From contig JAGCDJ010000022.1 of NCBI GenBank assembly GCA_017651185.1, positions 26,688-90,687 of the forward strand: a stretch of 64,000 nucleotides of DNA. The letters are read 5' to 3'. Of this stretch, positions 46,988 through 56,168 are shown one piece after another (the first letter of the stretch is position 1; the number at the start of each line of letters is the position of its first letter). The notes under the pieces were generated by a model. That model saw only the letters and a program-made list of their open reading frames with translations, did no database searches and was not told the DNA's origin. This stretch comes from Bacteroidales bacterium. GTDB lineage: Bacteria > Bacteroidota > Bacteroidia > Bacteroidales > ML635J-15. Made by a program: the position numbers and the translations under genes.

Positions 46988-47551
46988 ATGAAACAGACAT
47001 TATTGGTATTAGTTATTATTCTTACAGGAATAGCAACTGCAACAGCAAAACCAGACGTAACGGTTATCAAGGGTTCTCTCGTAGAACTTAAAAAGTCTAA
47101 CGCTAAGATTTTTGTCCGCTGGGACTACACCAACAGCACAATCGAAGGCAAGGAAGTAAACGCTTATTTGAAGGAACGTGGCGATGACTGGGTTCGCGAC
47201 TACGATGCCGAAATTGCAAGGGCTGAAAGTAACTTCAGAGAACGCCTCGACGATGAATCGAAAGATGTTCAAACGACAACCGAAGAAAGTTCTGCCGAAT
47301 ATACCATTGTTATGAAAGTTAAAGACTTTAACTACGGTATAACCGGATTGGCAGTCGCTGTAGGTTTTGGTGCTGGAGATTCTCATCTTTATGGTACAAT
47401 GGAGATTTACAAGAAAGGACAGTCGGAACCAATAGCAATCCTCGATGTTGATGGAGTTCCAGGTGCTGGATTTGGCAACGAGATTCGTCGTGTAGAGGCA
47501 TACCGCGAATTGGCAGAAAACCTTGCCAAACTTATTAAGAAAGCAAAATAG
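46988..47551 (+). CDS. secreted protein of unknown function
   Basis: 187 aa. The signal peptide is MKQTLLVLVIILTGIATATA. No catalytic motif recognised. It is embedded in the biosynthetic operon. Confidence 0.6.
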   Translation: MKQTLLVLVIILTGIATATAKPDVTVIKGSLVELKKSNAKIFVRWDYTNSTIEGKEVNAYLKERGDDWVRDYDAEIARAESNFRERLDDESKDVQTTTEESSAEYTIVMKVKDFNYGITGLAVAVGFGAGDSHLYGTMEIYKKGQSEPIAILDVDGVPGAGFGNEIRRVEAYRELAENLAKLIKKAK

Positions 47552-47558
47552 TAAACGA

Positions 47559-48659
47559 ATGGACTTATTTCCAGAATTAGAAAAAAAATATACCCGCGAA
47601 CAACTTTCCGCCCGCGAAGCACAACGGCAGGCAGAATGGATTGCTTGGGGACCAGTGGTTTTCCAGGCATCAAGGTTAATGGTGAAATTCGGCATTCTCG
47701 ACCTACTTCGCGACAGCGACAATGGAATGACGCAGGAGGAAATTGTAAAAGCTACAGGACTTTCTCCATACGCAGTAAAGGTGCTTATGGAAGCATCGCT
47801 ATGCATAGGCACTGTGCTGATTGACAAGGATACCGACAGGTTCAGCATTTCGAAAACCGGGTGGTTCCTGCTGACCGACAAACTAGTAAGGGTAAATATG
47901 GATTTCAACCACGACGTAAACTACGAAGGTTGGTTCAAACTCGAAGAGTCGCTGCTCGAAGGTAAACCCGCAGGACTGAAGCATTTCGGTGACTGGCCGA
48001 CTGTTTACGAAGGTTTGTCGCAACTGCCAGAACAAGTGCAGAAAAGTTGGTTTGGTTTCGACCACTTCTATTCCGACAACTCGTTTGCTCAGGCCTTGGA
48101 AATTGTATTTTCCAACAAGCCGAAAACTCTGCTCGATGTTGGCGGCAATACAGGACGCTGGGCTTTGCAATGCGTCGGTTACGACAATGATGTAAATGTC
48201 ACCATTATGGATTTGCCTCAGCAACTGGAAATGATGCGCAAGTTTACGGCAGGTCAAAAAGGTGCAGAACGCATCGACGGATACGGCATAAATCTGCTCG
48301 ACAAAGCAGCCGCCTTCCCTACCGACAAGCACTACGATGCAATATGGATGAGCCAGTTCCTCGACTGCTTCAGCGAAAATGAAATACTAAGCATTTTGTC
48401 AAGAGCTGCCAAAATAATGGATGACAAAAGCCGTGTTTACATTATGGAAACATTCTGGGACAGACAGAAATACGAACCTGCAGCATTTTGTCTTACAATG
48501 ACAAGCTTGTACTTCACCGCAATAGCCAACGGCAACAGCAAGATGTATCATTCAGAGGATATGGCAAGACTTGTTCGTGAAGCAGGTATGGAAGTAGAAA
48601 AAATACATGACAATTTAGGTCATGGACATAGTATAATGATTTGTAAACGTAATAAATAA
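47559..48659 (+). CDS. SAM-dependent O-methyltransferase (family-2 type with N-terminal wHTH/dimerisation domain)
   Basis: ORF 47523..48659 (TTG), with ATG at 47559 (MDLFPELEKK) preferred. SAM motif I is LLDVGGNTGRWA, and the N-terminus is FGILDLLRDSDNGMTQEEIVKATG. Confidence 0.82.
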   Translation: MDLFPELEKKYTREQLSAREAQRQAEWIAWGPVVFQASRLMVKFGILDLLRDSDNGMTQEEIVKATGLSPYAVKVLMEASLCIGTVLIDKDTDRFSISKTGWFLLTDKLVRVNMDFNHDVNYEGWFKLEESLLEGKPAGLKHFGDWPTVYEGLSQLPEQVQKSWFGFDHFYSDNSFAQALEIVFSNKPKTLLDVGGNTGRWALQCVGYDNDVNVTIMDLPQQLEMMRKFTAGQKGAERIDGYGINLLDKAAAFPTDKHYDAIWMSQFLDCFSENEILSILSRAAKIMDDKSRVYIMETFWDRQKYEPAAFCLTMTSLYFTAIANGNSKMYHSEDMARLVREAGMEVEKIHDNLGHGHSIMICKRNK

Positions 48660-48664
48660 ATTAT

Positions 48665-48907
48665 ATGGATAGAAAAGAAATTGAAGCAAAAGTAAAAGAA
48701 TTCTTGATTGAAGACCTTGAAATTGAAGAAGATAAGATAAAACCAGAAGCACGTTTAAAGGAAGATATAGGTATCGACAGTCTCGATTTCGTCGACATCG
48801 TAGTCATAGTCGAAAGAAAATTCGGCTTTAAGATTAAGACGGAAGAGATGGTTAACATAAAGACTTTCAGTCAGTTCTGCGATTATATAGAGCAAAAGAC
48901 GGCCTAA
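48665..48907 (+). CDS. acyl carrier protein
   Basis: 80 aa. The phosphopantetheine site is GIDSLDFVDIV. Confidence 0.85.
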   Translation: MDRKEIEAKVKEFLIEDLEIEEDKIKPEARLKEDIGIDSLDFVDIVVIVERKFGFKIKTEEMVNIKTFSQFCDYIEQKTA

Positions 48908-48910
48908 GTA

Positions 48911-49807
48911 ATGGCTGAAGAGCTGCAACATAACGAATGGTCTGGAAAAACCGATGGGCAACCGTGGATGCAACGTTCTCTCATCGGTATGTTCCGCGTA
49001 TTGCCAATATGGGTAATATACGGATTTATGGCTGTTTTTATTGTTCCGTTCTACATGATATTCAGCAGAAAAGGTTATAAAGCCACATACTCATTCTTCC
49101 GCAAACGCTTCCAATACGGGCGATGGAAATCATTTTGCAAGGTTTACGCAAACCATTTCCGCTTCGGACAGGTAATATTGGATAGATTTGGCGTATATGC
49201 TGGCAAGAAATACAAGTTCGACATCGAAGGACAGGATTTTTTGGATGAACTTGAAAACCATCCCGAAGGTTTTGTTCTGCTAAGCAGCCATGTTGGCAAT
49301 TACGAAATTGCTGGGTACTCATTAAAAACCAAAGCAAAAAGGTTCAATGCACTGGTATTTGCAGGAGAAACCGCTACCGTTATGGAAAATCGCAGGAGAA
49401 TACTATCGCAAAACAACATGAACATGATTCCCGTGATGGCCGACATGTCACATCTGTTCGCACTGAACACAGCAATCGACAACGGAGAAATAGTCAGTAT
49501 GCCTGCCGACCGTATTTTTGGTTCACAAAAAGCAGCCGAATGTACTTTCTTTGGAGAAACAGCAAGATTTCCATTGGGTGCCTTTGCTTTGTCGGCACAG
49601 AAAAACGTTCCTGTTCTAGCAATTTTTATAATGAAAGAAAGCACAAGGAAATATCACGCATACGTCCGGAAAATCATGTGCGACAGATCGGCAAAAATTC
49701 GCGAACAAATGAACCAAATGGCACAGAATTTTGCAGAAAACTTAGAGGAAATCGTCAGGAAATACCCGACGCAATGGTTCAACTATTTTGATTTTTGGAA
49801 ACAATGA
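48911..49807 (+). CDS. LpxL/HtrB-type (lysophospholipid/lipid A-like) acyltransferase
   Basis: 298 aa. An N-terminal TM segment and LLSSHVGNYEIAG (an Hx4E variant of the Hx4D/E motif). It occupies the position of ApeD-like acyltransferases in aryl-polyene clusters. Confidence 0.72.
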   Translation: MAEELQHNEWSGKTDGQPWMQRSLIGMFRVLPIWVIYGFMAVFIVPFYMIFSRKGYKATYSFFRKRFQYGRWKSFCKVYANHFRFGQVILDRFGVYAGKKYKFDIEGQDFLDELENHPEGFVLLSSHVGNYEIAGYSLKTKAKRFNALVFAGETATVMENRRRILSQNNMNMIPVMADMSHLFALNTAIDNGEIVSMPADRIFGSQKAAECTFFGETARFPLGAFALSAQKNVPVLAIFIMKESTRKYHAYVRKIMCDRSAKIREQMNQMAQNFAENLEEIVRKYPTQWFNYFDFWKQ

Positions 49808-50241
49808 AAGCAATCGACGAATTGACAATAGAAGAACTCATTCCACAGAGACCGCCATTCGTAATGATTGACAGGCTGGTGTCGAGCGACGATGTGTATT
49901 CGGTAACGGAACTCACTATACGTGAAGACAATCTATTTGTCGAAGATGGACGTTTTTCCGCATCGGGACTGATTGAAAACATTGCCCAAACCTGCGCCGC
50001 AAGAATAGGATACATAAACCTAAGTCATGGTCAAACTGTCAAAATAGGCGTTATTGGGTCAATAAGCAACCTGAACATTGAACGCACGCCAAAAGTTGGA
50101 GAAAAACTGACAACCACCATAAAACTATTGGAAGAAGTTTTCCAAATGACTTTGGTCGAAGCGACAACAACTTGCAACAACGAAGAAATCGTGCACGCCA
50201 ACATGAAAATTGCCTTGACTGACATTGACTCAAAAAACTGA
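49804..50241 (+). CDS. hot-dog fold 3-hydroxyacyl-ACP dehydratase (FabZ/ApeI-like)
   Basis: ORF 49795..50241 (TTG). The ATG at 49804 forms an ATGA overlap with the upstream stop. LIPQRPPFVMIDRLV matches the FabZ-like N-terminal motif. Confidence 0.75.
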   Translation: MKAIDELTIEELIPQRPPFVMIDRLVSSDDVYSVTELTIREDNLFVEDGRFSASGLIENIAQTCAARIGYINLSHGQTVKIGVIGSISNLNIERTPKVGEKLTTTIKLLEEVFQMTLVEATTTCNNEEIVHANMKIALTDIDSKN

Positions 50242-50246
50242 CAACT

Positions 50247-50681
50247 ATGGAAAAGGAAAAGATATTATCGGTAACCAAACCTTTTGAAATCCGCTTCAGC
50301 GAAGTCGATTCAATGGGTGTCGTATGGCACGGGCACTACTCGGTTTACTTCGAGGATGCAAGGGAGGAATTTGGCAAGAAATACGATTTGGGGTACCTTA
50401 TGATGTACGGCAAAGGTTTCTTCGAACCCATAGTTGACCTTTCTATAAAATACAAGAAACCATTGATTTACGGAATGAAACCTGAAATTACAATTACCTA
50501 CCGCCCTACCGATGCTGCAAAAATCGTATTCGATTACGAAATTCGCAACAGGGAAACTGGTGAAATACATGTGACAGGCCGTACAATCCAGGTTTTCATG
50601 AACAAAGACAACTACCAACTCGTACTGACGAATCCTGATTTCTACGAGGAATGGAAAAAAAGATGGGAGGTCGCAATATGA
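50247..50681 (+). CDS. 4HBT/YbgC-type acyl-CoA/ACP thioesterase
   Basis: 144 aa. IRFSEVDSMGVVWHGHYSVYFEDAREEF is the 4HBT hot-dog thioesterase signature. Confidence 0.82.
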   Translation: MEKEKILSVTKPFEIRFSEVDSMGVVWHGHYSVYFEDAREEFGKKYDLGYLMMYGKGFFEPIVDLSIKYKKPLIYGMKPEITITYRPTDAAKIVFDYEIRNRETGEIHVTGRTIQVFMNKDNYQLVLTNPDFYEEWKKRWEVAI

Positions 50682-51796
50682 TTGTAAGCATTGCAAATAA
50701 CATAACCTCGCCATTGGGCATGACCACTGCCAAAAACTACGCTGCTGTTAAAGCCGGCAAATCGGCACTTAAGCATTACGAAGGACACTGGGGATTGCCC
50801 GAAGCATTTGTCGCATCGCTAATCGACAGAAGCAAATTCACAGACACCAGATATACTATTGTTGAACAGGTTGTAATACATTCTGTTACAAAAGCATTGG
50901 AAAGTGCGAACATAGATACAGCATCACCCAGAGTATTGTTTATCTTTTCCACCACCAAAGGCAATGTATTTTTGCTCGACAAGCGTGAAAAAGGATTTCC
51001 GCAAGAGCGCGTAAGACTTGGCATGATGGCTCGACAGATTGCCTCACATTTCCACAATCCAAATGAACCTATTGTGGTTTCAAATGCTTGCATATCGGGA
51101 GTTTGCGCACAAATTGAAGCAATGAGGCATCTCGAAAGTGGAAATTACGACTATGTAATAGTTTCAGGTGTTGATATACAGTCGGCATTCATAGTGTCTG
51201 GATTCCAGTCGTTCAAGGCACTTTCGCCTGAGGAATGCAAGCCATTCGATGCAAATCGTCACGGATTGAACCTTGGAGATGCCGCTGCAACAATAATATA
51301 CACAAGAAAAGACACTGTTTCCGCAAACGAATGGTGCGCTTACCGTGGCGCCATCCGCAACGACGCAAACCACATATCTGGTCCATCACGCACAGGCGAA
51401 GGCAGTTACAGGGCACTTAAATATGTCCTCGGTGACATCGACACACAAAAAATAGCATTCGTAAACGCTCACGGAACCGCAACACCTTACAACGATGAAA
51501 TGGAGTCTATCGCCATCGACAGAGCAGGACTATCGAATGTTCCTGTCAACTCACTCAAAGGTTACTACGGACATACAATGGGCGCCGCTGGCGTACTCGA
51601 AACCATAATTTCGATGCATGCAATAGACGACAACAACATATTGGCAACCAGAGGTTTTAATACTTTGGGCGTAAGTCGTGAAATAAAAGTCACAAACCAA
51701 AACCAACCGACAGAAAAAACGGCTTTCATAAAGTTGTTGTCGGGATTCGGCGGTTGCAACGCTGCACTGCTAATGACGAAAGGAGGCCTGTTATGA
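50678..51796 (+). CDS. beta-ketoacyl synthase (KAS I/II type)
   Basis: ORF 50651..51796. The ATG at 50678 forms an ATGA overlap. Cys in SNACISGVCAQ, with His motifs VNAHGTATPYND and GHTMGAAG. Confidence 0.82.
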   Translation: MIVSIANNITSPLGMTTAKNYAAVKAGKSALKHYEGHWGLPEAFVASLIDRSKFTDTRYTIVEQVVIHSVTKALESANIDTASPRVLFIFSTTKGNVFLLDKREKGFPQERVRLGMMARQIASHFHNPNEPIVVSNACISGVCAQIEAMRHLESGNYDYVIVSGVDIQSAFIVSGFQSFKALSPEECKPFDANRHGLNLGDAAATIIYTRKDTVSANEWCAYRGAIRNDANHISGPSRTGEGSYRALKYVLGDIDTQKIAFVNAHGTATPYNDEMESIAIDRAGLSNVPVNSLKGYYGHTMGAAGVLETIISMHAIDDNNILATRGFNTLGVSREIKVTNQNQPTEKTAFIKLLSGFGGCNAALLMTKGGLL

Positions 51797-52347
51797 TGAT
51801 ACTGCATAGAGTTTACATATCACCAGACAAAGTTATCGTCAACGGAAAAGCATTGGAACTTACCGAAAAAGGTTCTGCCCTACTAACACAAATCTACCGC
51901 AGTCATATTGGCAACTATCCGAAGTTTTTCAAAATGGATACCTTGTGCAAACTGGGTTTTGTTGCATCAGAATTGCTGCTCAATGCCGAAGGAAATAGAA
52001 ATTTCGAGCCAAGAGAAGACCGCGCTGTCATACTTTTCAACAAAAGCGCATCGTTACAGGCCGATACAAACTACCAGTCCACAATACAGGATTCCGAAAA
52101 TTTCTTCCCAAGTCCAGCGGCATTCGTTTATACATTGCCAAACATTGTGACTGGCGAAATTGCTATCCGAAACAAGTATTTCGGAGAAACTTCTTTTATT
52201 GTAATCGAAGAAAACGATGAAAAACTCATAGAACAAAACCTGTCGGTTGCATTCCAAGACACCGATACAAAAAGTATAATAGGTGGTTGGCTCGACTGTA
52301 CAGACGAAGAACATTTTGAAGCGAATATATTTTTAATGGAAAAATAA
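51793..52347 (+). CDS. short KS-associated protein (truncated ketosynthase-like / partner subunit)
   Basis: ORF 51754..52347. The ATG at 51793 forms an ATGA overlap with the KS stop. It is 184 aa with no Cys-His-His triad recognisable. The call rests on position and weak KS N-terminal-like character. Confidence 0.5.
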   Translation: MMILHRVYISPDKVIVNGKALELTEKGSALLTQIYRSHIGNYPKFFKMDTLCKLGFVASELLLNAEGNRNFEPREDRAVILFNKSASLQADTNYQSTIQDSENFFPSPAAFVYTLPNIVTGEIAIRNKYFGETSFIVIEENDEKLIEQNLSVAFQDTDTKSIIGGWLDCTDEEHFEANIFLMEK

Positions 52348-52360
52348 ATTAATAAAAGTT

Positions 52361-52618
52361 ATGGACGATTTGATTTACAAACTGAAACAGGAAATTATCG
52401 AAGCATTGAACCTCGAAGACATGACTCCTGAAGACATTGATGAAAACGCATCTCTGTTTGGCGAAGGTCTTGGACTTGACTCAATTGATGCACTCGAACT
52501 CATAGTGCTGATGGAAAAGAACTACGGCATAAAACTGCAGGATCCGAACCAAGGCAAGGAAATTTTCAAGTCAGTAAAGGTGATGGCAGAGTTCATCCAA
52601 CAGAACAGGACAAAATAA
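52361..52618 (+). CDS. acyl carrier protein
   Basis: 85 aa. The phosphopantetheine site is LGLDSIDALELIV. Confidence 0.85.
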   Translation: MDDLIYKLKQEIIEALNLEDMTPEDIDENASLFGEGLGLDSIDALELIVLMEKNYGIKLQDPNQGKEIFKSVKVMAEFIQQNRTK

Positions 52619-53818
52619 ATGACTGCTCCGATTTACATAACAGGTTGCGGCGTAGTTTCGGCAATCGGACTAAACCAAAAGGAATCTTTAGAAACCTTAA
52701 TGGGCGAACATTCCGGTGTAGGTCAACTTACCTACCTTAAAACCGAACACAAGGAGTTTCCCGTAGGCGAGGTCAAACTGTCGGATGCCGAAATGCGCAA
52801 TCGTCTGGGAATAAGCGACAACGCCATAACTACGCGTACTGCACTTATGGGAATGCTTGCTCTTGACGAAGCACTGAAACAAGCAGAGATTACCCCCGAA
52901 ATGCTCCCTGAAATCGGTTTCATATCGGGAACAACAGTCGGTGGCATGGACATGAGCGAGCAATTCTACCTCGACTACATAAACAACGATGCACATAAGG
53001 AATACATTTCTGTACACGACTGCGGAAATTGCTCGGAAATGACAGCCAAGCATTTCGGCGATTTTGCATTTGTAACAACGCTTTCCACGGCTTGTTCATC
53101 GGCAGCAAACGCAATAATATTGGGAGCAAACATGATACGCTGTGGCGAGGCGGAAATTGTAATCGTTGGCGGTAGCGAATGCATAACAAAGTTCCACCTT
53201 AACGGCTTCAACTCGCTTATGATTCTCGACACAAAGCCGTGCCGTCCGTTCGATGCTACAAGAAACGGGCTCAATCTTGGTGAAGGTGCCGCATATTTGG
53301 TTCTTGAGTCGGAGAAAAGTGCAAAAAAACGCAATGCAAAAATTCAAGCAGTGCTTTCGGGATACGGCAATGCCTGCGACGCTTTCCACCAAACAGCATC
53401 GTCTCCAGACGGAGAAGGCGCATACAGAGCAATGAAGGAAGCCCTCGAAATGGCAGGAGTAAAAACAACCGAAGTTGATTACATAAACGCTCACGGCACA
53501 GGAACACCAAACAACGATGTCAGCGAAAGCCAGGCAATGATGCGTCTTTTCGGAAATAACATACCCCCTGCCTCATCGACCAAACCATTTACAGGACACA
53601 CTACGAGCGCATCGGGTTCAATAGAAGCGGTTTTCTGCATTCTTGCATTGCAAAACGGATTCCTGCCAGTCAACTTGAACTACTCACAGGCAATGGACGA
53701 TGGAATAATACCAGTTCACCAGTCTACAAAAAAAGACTTAAAGCATATTCTGTGCAATGCATTCGGCTTTGGTGGTAACGATTCTTCATTATTACTTTCA
53801 AAATTTGAGCAGAAATGA
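52619..53818 (+). CDS. beta-ketoacyl-ACP synthase II-like KS
   Basis: 399 aa. Cys in LSTACSSAANAI, with His motifs INAHGTGTPNND and GHTTSASG. Confidence 0.88.
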   Translation: MTAPIYITGCGVVSAIGLNQKESLETLMGEHSGVGQLTYLKTEHKEFPVGEVKLSDAEMRNRLGISDNAITTRTALMGMLALDEALKQAEITPEMLPEIGFISGTTVGGMDMSEQFYLDYINNDAHKEYISVHDCGNCSEMTAKHFGDFAFVTTLSTACSSAANAIILGANMIRCGEAEIVIVGGSECITKFHLNGFNSLMILDTKPCRPFDATRNGLNLGEGAAYLVLESEKSAKKRNAKIQAVLSGYGNACDAFHQTASSPDGEGAYRAMKEALEMAGVKTTEVDYINAHGTGTPNNDVSESQAMMRLFGNNIPPASSTKPFTGHTTSASGSIEAVFCILALQNGFLPVNLNYSQAMDDGIIPVHQSTKKDLKHILCNAFGFGGNDSSLLLSKFEQK

Positions 53819-54843
53819 CGAACAAAGAGATATATGTACTTTCTGCAAAGCAGATTTCGATACAGCAGCCACTGAGCGAGGAGTGGATGACAAATCCGAA
53901 CATGTACGAACCGGCGTTTTACCGTTCCATCGACCCAAGTTTCAAGGAATATGTATCACCTATCGAAGCACGACGCATGGGAAAAATCCTAAAGCGCGCA
54001 CTTGCAACATCAAAGGAAGCACTGAAAGCATCTGGAATTGAAACTGTTGACGCAATAGTCACCGGAACCGGATACGGATGCATCGAAAACACCGAATTTT
54101 TCCTTGATGCACTATCAAAAGAAGGCGAACAACTGCTGAAACCGACATATTTCATGCAATCGACCCACAACACAATAAGTTCGCTGATTGCAATACAAAC
54201 CAAGAACCACGGGTACAACGCAACCTACGCACACAAGGGAATATCGTTCGACAGCGCACTTTACGACGCTTATTTGCAATTCAAACTAAATAAGATTAAT
54301 TCGGCATTGGTTGGTGGTCACGACGAAATGACCGAAACCTTTTATCACATCTTGAAAAAAGGTGGTGTAATGGGTTTCGACAACGAAATTTGTGGTGAGG
54401 CGGCAGTTTCGGTGGTATTGTCCGACATGCAGGAAAATGCATTGTGCAAACTTACAGGACACAAGATAATGCATCAGCAAGGCATTGACTCGTTGAAGGG
54501 AAAAGTTGCAAGGTTCCTGCAGGAAAATGGCAAAACATGCTCCGACATCGACTTCATACTCACTGGCATAAGTGGCTACAAAGAAAACGATGAAGCTTAC
54601 ATGTCAGAAACAAAAGCACTTTTTGGCGACAGACCTTTGCTGAAATACAAAAATCTGTTCGGAGATAGTTTCACTGCTTCGGGAATCGGCTTTTATGTAG
54701 CAGCACAATGCCTGAAATCGGGTTTTGTACCTCGTAACTTGTTCGTAAACGAAAAGAACATTACCGATAAGAAACCTAACAACATTTTAATTTTCAACCG
54801 TTCCGATGGAACGAACTATTCATTAACGCTATTGGAGAAATAA
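53815..54843 (+). CDS. ketosynthase-like chain-length-factor-type partner (no active-site Cys motif)
   Basis: 342 aa. The start overlaps the KS stop (ATGA). It has a thiolase-fold-like sequence but lacks the TACSS/HGTGT/GH motifs, as in the ApeC-type CLF of aryl-polyene systems. Confidence 0.62.
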   Translation: MTNKEIYVLSAKQISIQQPLSEEWMTNPNMYEPAFYRSIDPSFKEYVSPIEARRMGKILKRALATSKEALKASGIETVDAIVTGTGYGCIENTEFFLDALSKEGEQLLKPTYFMQSTHNTISSLIAIQTKNHGYNATYAHKGISFDSALYDAYLQFKLNKINSALVGGHDEMTETFYHILKKGGVMGFDNEICGEAAVSVVLSDMQENALCKLTGHKIMHQQGIDSLKGKVARFLQENGKTCSDIDFILTGISGYKENDEAYMSETKALFGDRPLLKYKNLFGDSFTASGIGFYVAAQCLKSGFVPRNLFVNEKNITDKKPNNILIFNRSDGTNYSLTLLEK

Positions 54844-54845
54844 CC

Positions 54846-55199
54846 GTGTGGAAGATTTTTGGATTAGTATCGCTGCAAACGTTTTTCCTCGCAGGAGGAC
54901 AGGTTCTGCTTAAACTTGGTTTGGAAAAACTAGGCAAATTTGAGTGGTCGTGGGCATATTTCAAGACAGTCCTGACCGACTGGTGGCTACTTGCCTGTGG
55001 CATTAGTTTCGGAGCAGCGACTATCCTATGGTTCTACATACTGAAAAAATTCCCCTTCAGTCAAGCATACCCCCTGACTAGCTTATCGTTCGTATTCGGA
55101 ATGATTGCTGCATGGTTAGTTTTTGGTGAAAGTATTCCATTTTCTCGATGGATTGGTCTGATTCTTGTCGTAGCAGGTTGTTTCTTAATTTTAAAATGA
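54846..55199 (+). CDS. small 4-TM EamA/DMT (ArnE/F-like) membrane protein
   Basis: 117 aa with a GTG start. It has four hydrophobic helices and ends IGLILVVAGCFLILK, like half-size EamA transporters. Confidence 0.55.
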   Translation: MWKIFGLVSLQTFFLAGGQVLLKLGLEKLGKFEWSWAYFKTVLTDWWLLACGISFGAATILWFYILKKFPFSQAYPLTSLSFVFGMIAAWLVFGESIPFSRWIGLILVVAGCFLILK

Positions 55200-55200
55200 G

Positions 55201-55800
55201 ATGAAAAGAATAACTCTAATTATAATTGCCTTAGTCGCAAGCATTATCAGTTTCGCACAATCGAACGACGAAATAATGGCAAAATTGACGCAAGCAGCAG
55301 CTTCGATGAAATCGATGCAATGCAACTTCACTCAGAACAAGACAATGTCAATGCTTGCGGAACCAACGATTTCAAAAGGCAGAATGTGCTATGTGGCGCC
55401 AGACAAAATGAAATGGGAATACACCGACCCCTACCCATTTGCAATCAATGTTGACGGCGAAAAAATGACAAAGATTGCAGACGGCAAAGAGGAAATTCTT
55501 GATACCAAAAACAGAATGTACCAAGGCATGATGAAAATTATCATGAGTAGCGCCACTGGCAAAAATCTATTCGACAAATCAGCATTCGACGTTACAATTT
55601 CCGATGACGGCAACTTCTGGCGTGCCAACATGAAACCTAAAAAGAGCGACATGAAACGAATGTTCAGCACAATGACATTCTATTTTGAAAAGAAAAGAGA
55701 CATCATAAACAAGGTTATCCTCACCGAAGCCAACGGCGACAATACCACTATACAGTTTACCGACATCATACTGAACGCAAACACCGAATCATGCAAATGA
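55201..55800 (+). CDS. LolA-like outer-membrane lipoprotein carrier family protein
   Basis: 199 aa. A signal peptide, then MQCNFTQNKTMSMLAEPTISKGRMCYVAPDKMKWEYTDPYP, which matches the LolA-family N-terminal pattern. Confidence 0.75.
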   Translation: MKRITLIIIALVASIISFAQSNDEIMAKLTQAAASMKSMQCNFTQNKTMSMLAEPTISKGRMCYVAPDKMKWEYTDPYPFAINVDGEKMTKIADGKEEILDTKNRMYQGMMKIIMSSATGKNLFDKSAFDVTISDDGNFWRANMKPKKSDMKRMFSTMTFYFEKKRDIINKVILTEANGDNTTIQFTDIILNANTESCK

Positions 55801-56168
55801 TATACAACCTATATACCACCATCAATGTCGAAGACACCGAAAACGGATTTGTTGCTGAAATAGAAACAAATCCGTCTCACATAATATACAAGGCACATTT
55901 TCCTGAAAATCCAATTACTCCGGGAGTGTGCATCATAAAGACTGCAGGAGAACTTCTCGAAAACAAAATAAACCGTAAATTGTGGCTAAAAACCGTTAAG
56001 AATGTAAAATTTCTGTCGGTAATAATTCCAGACGAAGGCAAAAGAATAAAATATGCCTTCTCAAACTTCAAGGAAGAGGAAAATGGCTGCAAGGTGCAGG
56101 TTCAAGTGAACGACGAAACAACAATTTACGCCAAAATATCACTATTATTCAGCTATGAAAGAATCTGA
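55791..56168 (+). CDS. hot-dog fold dehydratase (FabA/FabZ / ApeP-like)
   Basis: 125 aa (alternative ATG at 55797 forming an ATGA overlap). YKAHFPENPITPGVCIIKTAGELL is the FabZ-type active-site region. Confidence 0.72.
   Translation: MQMIYNLYTTINVEDTENGFVAEIETNPSHIIYKAHFPENPITPGVCIIKTAGELLENKINRKLWLKTVKNVKFLSVIIPDEGKRIKYAFSNFKEEENGCKVQVQVNDETTIYAKISLLFSYERI

Noticed and set aside
47009-47908. 299-aa minus-strand ORF antisense to the biosynthetic operon; other long antisense ORFs include 36257-36907, 22650-23219, 39878-40447, 17081-17545, 61318-61812 and 63632-63958
   Set aside because: They fully overlap well-supported sense genes, have no recognisable motifs and have skewed composition. 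These are typical shadow ORFs.
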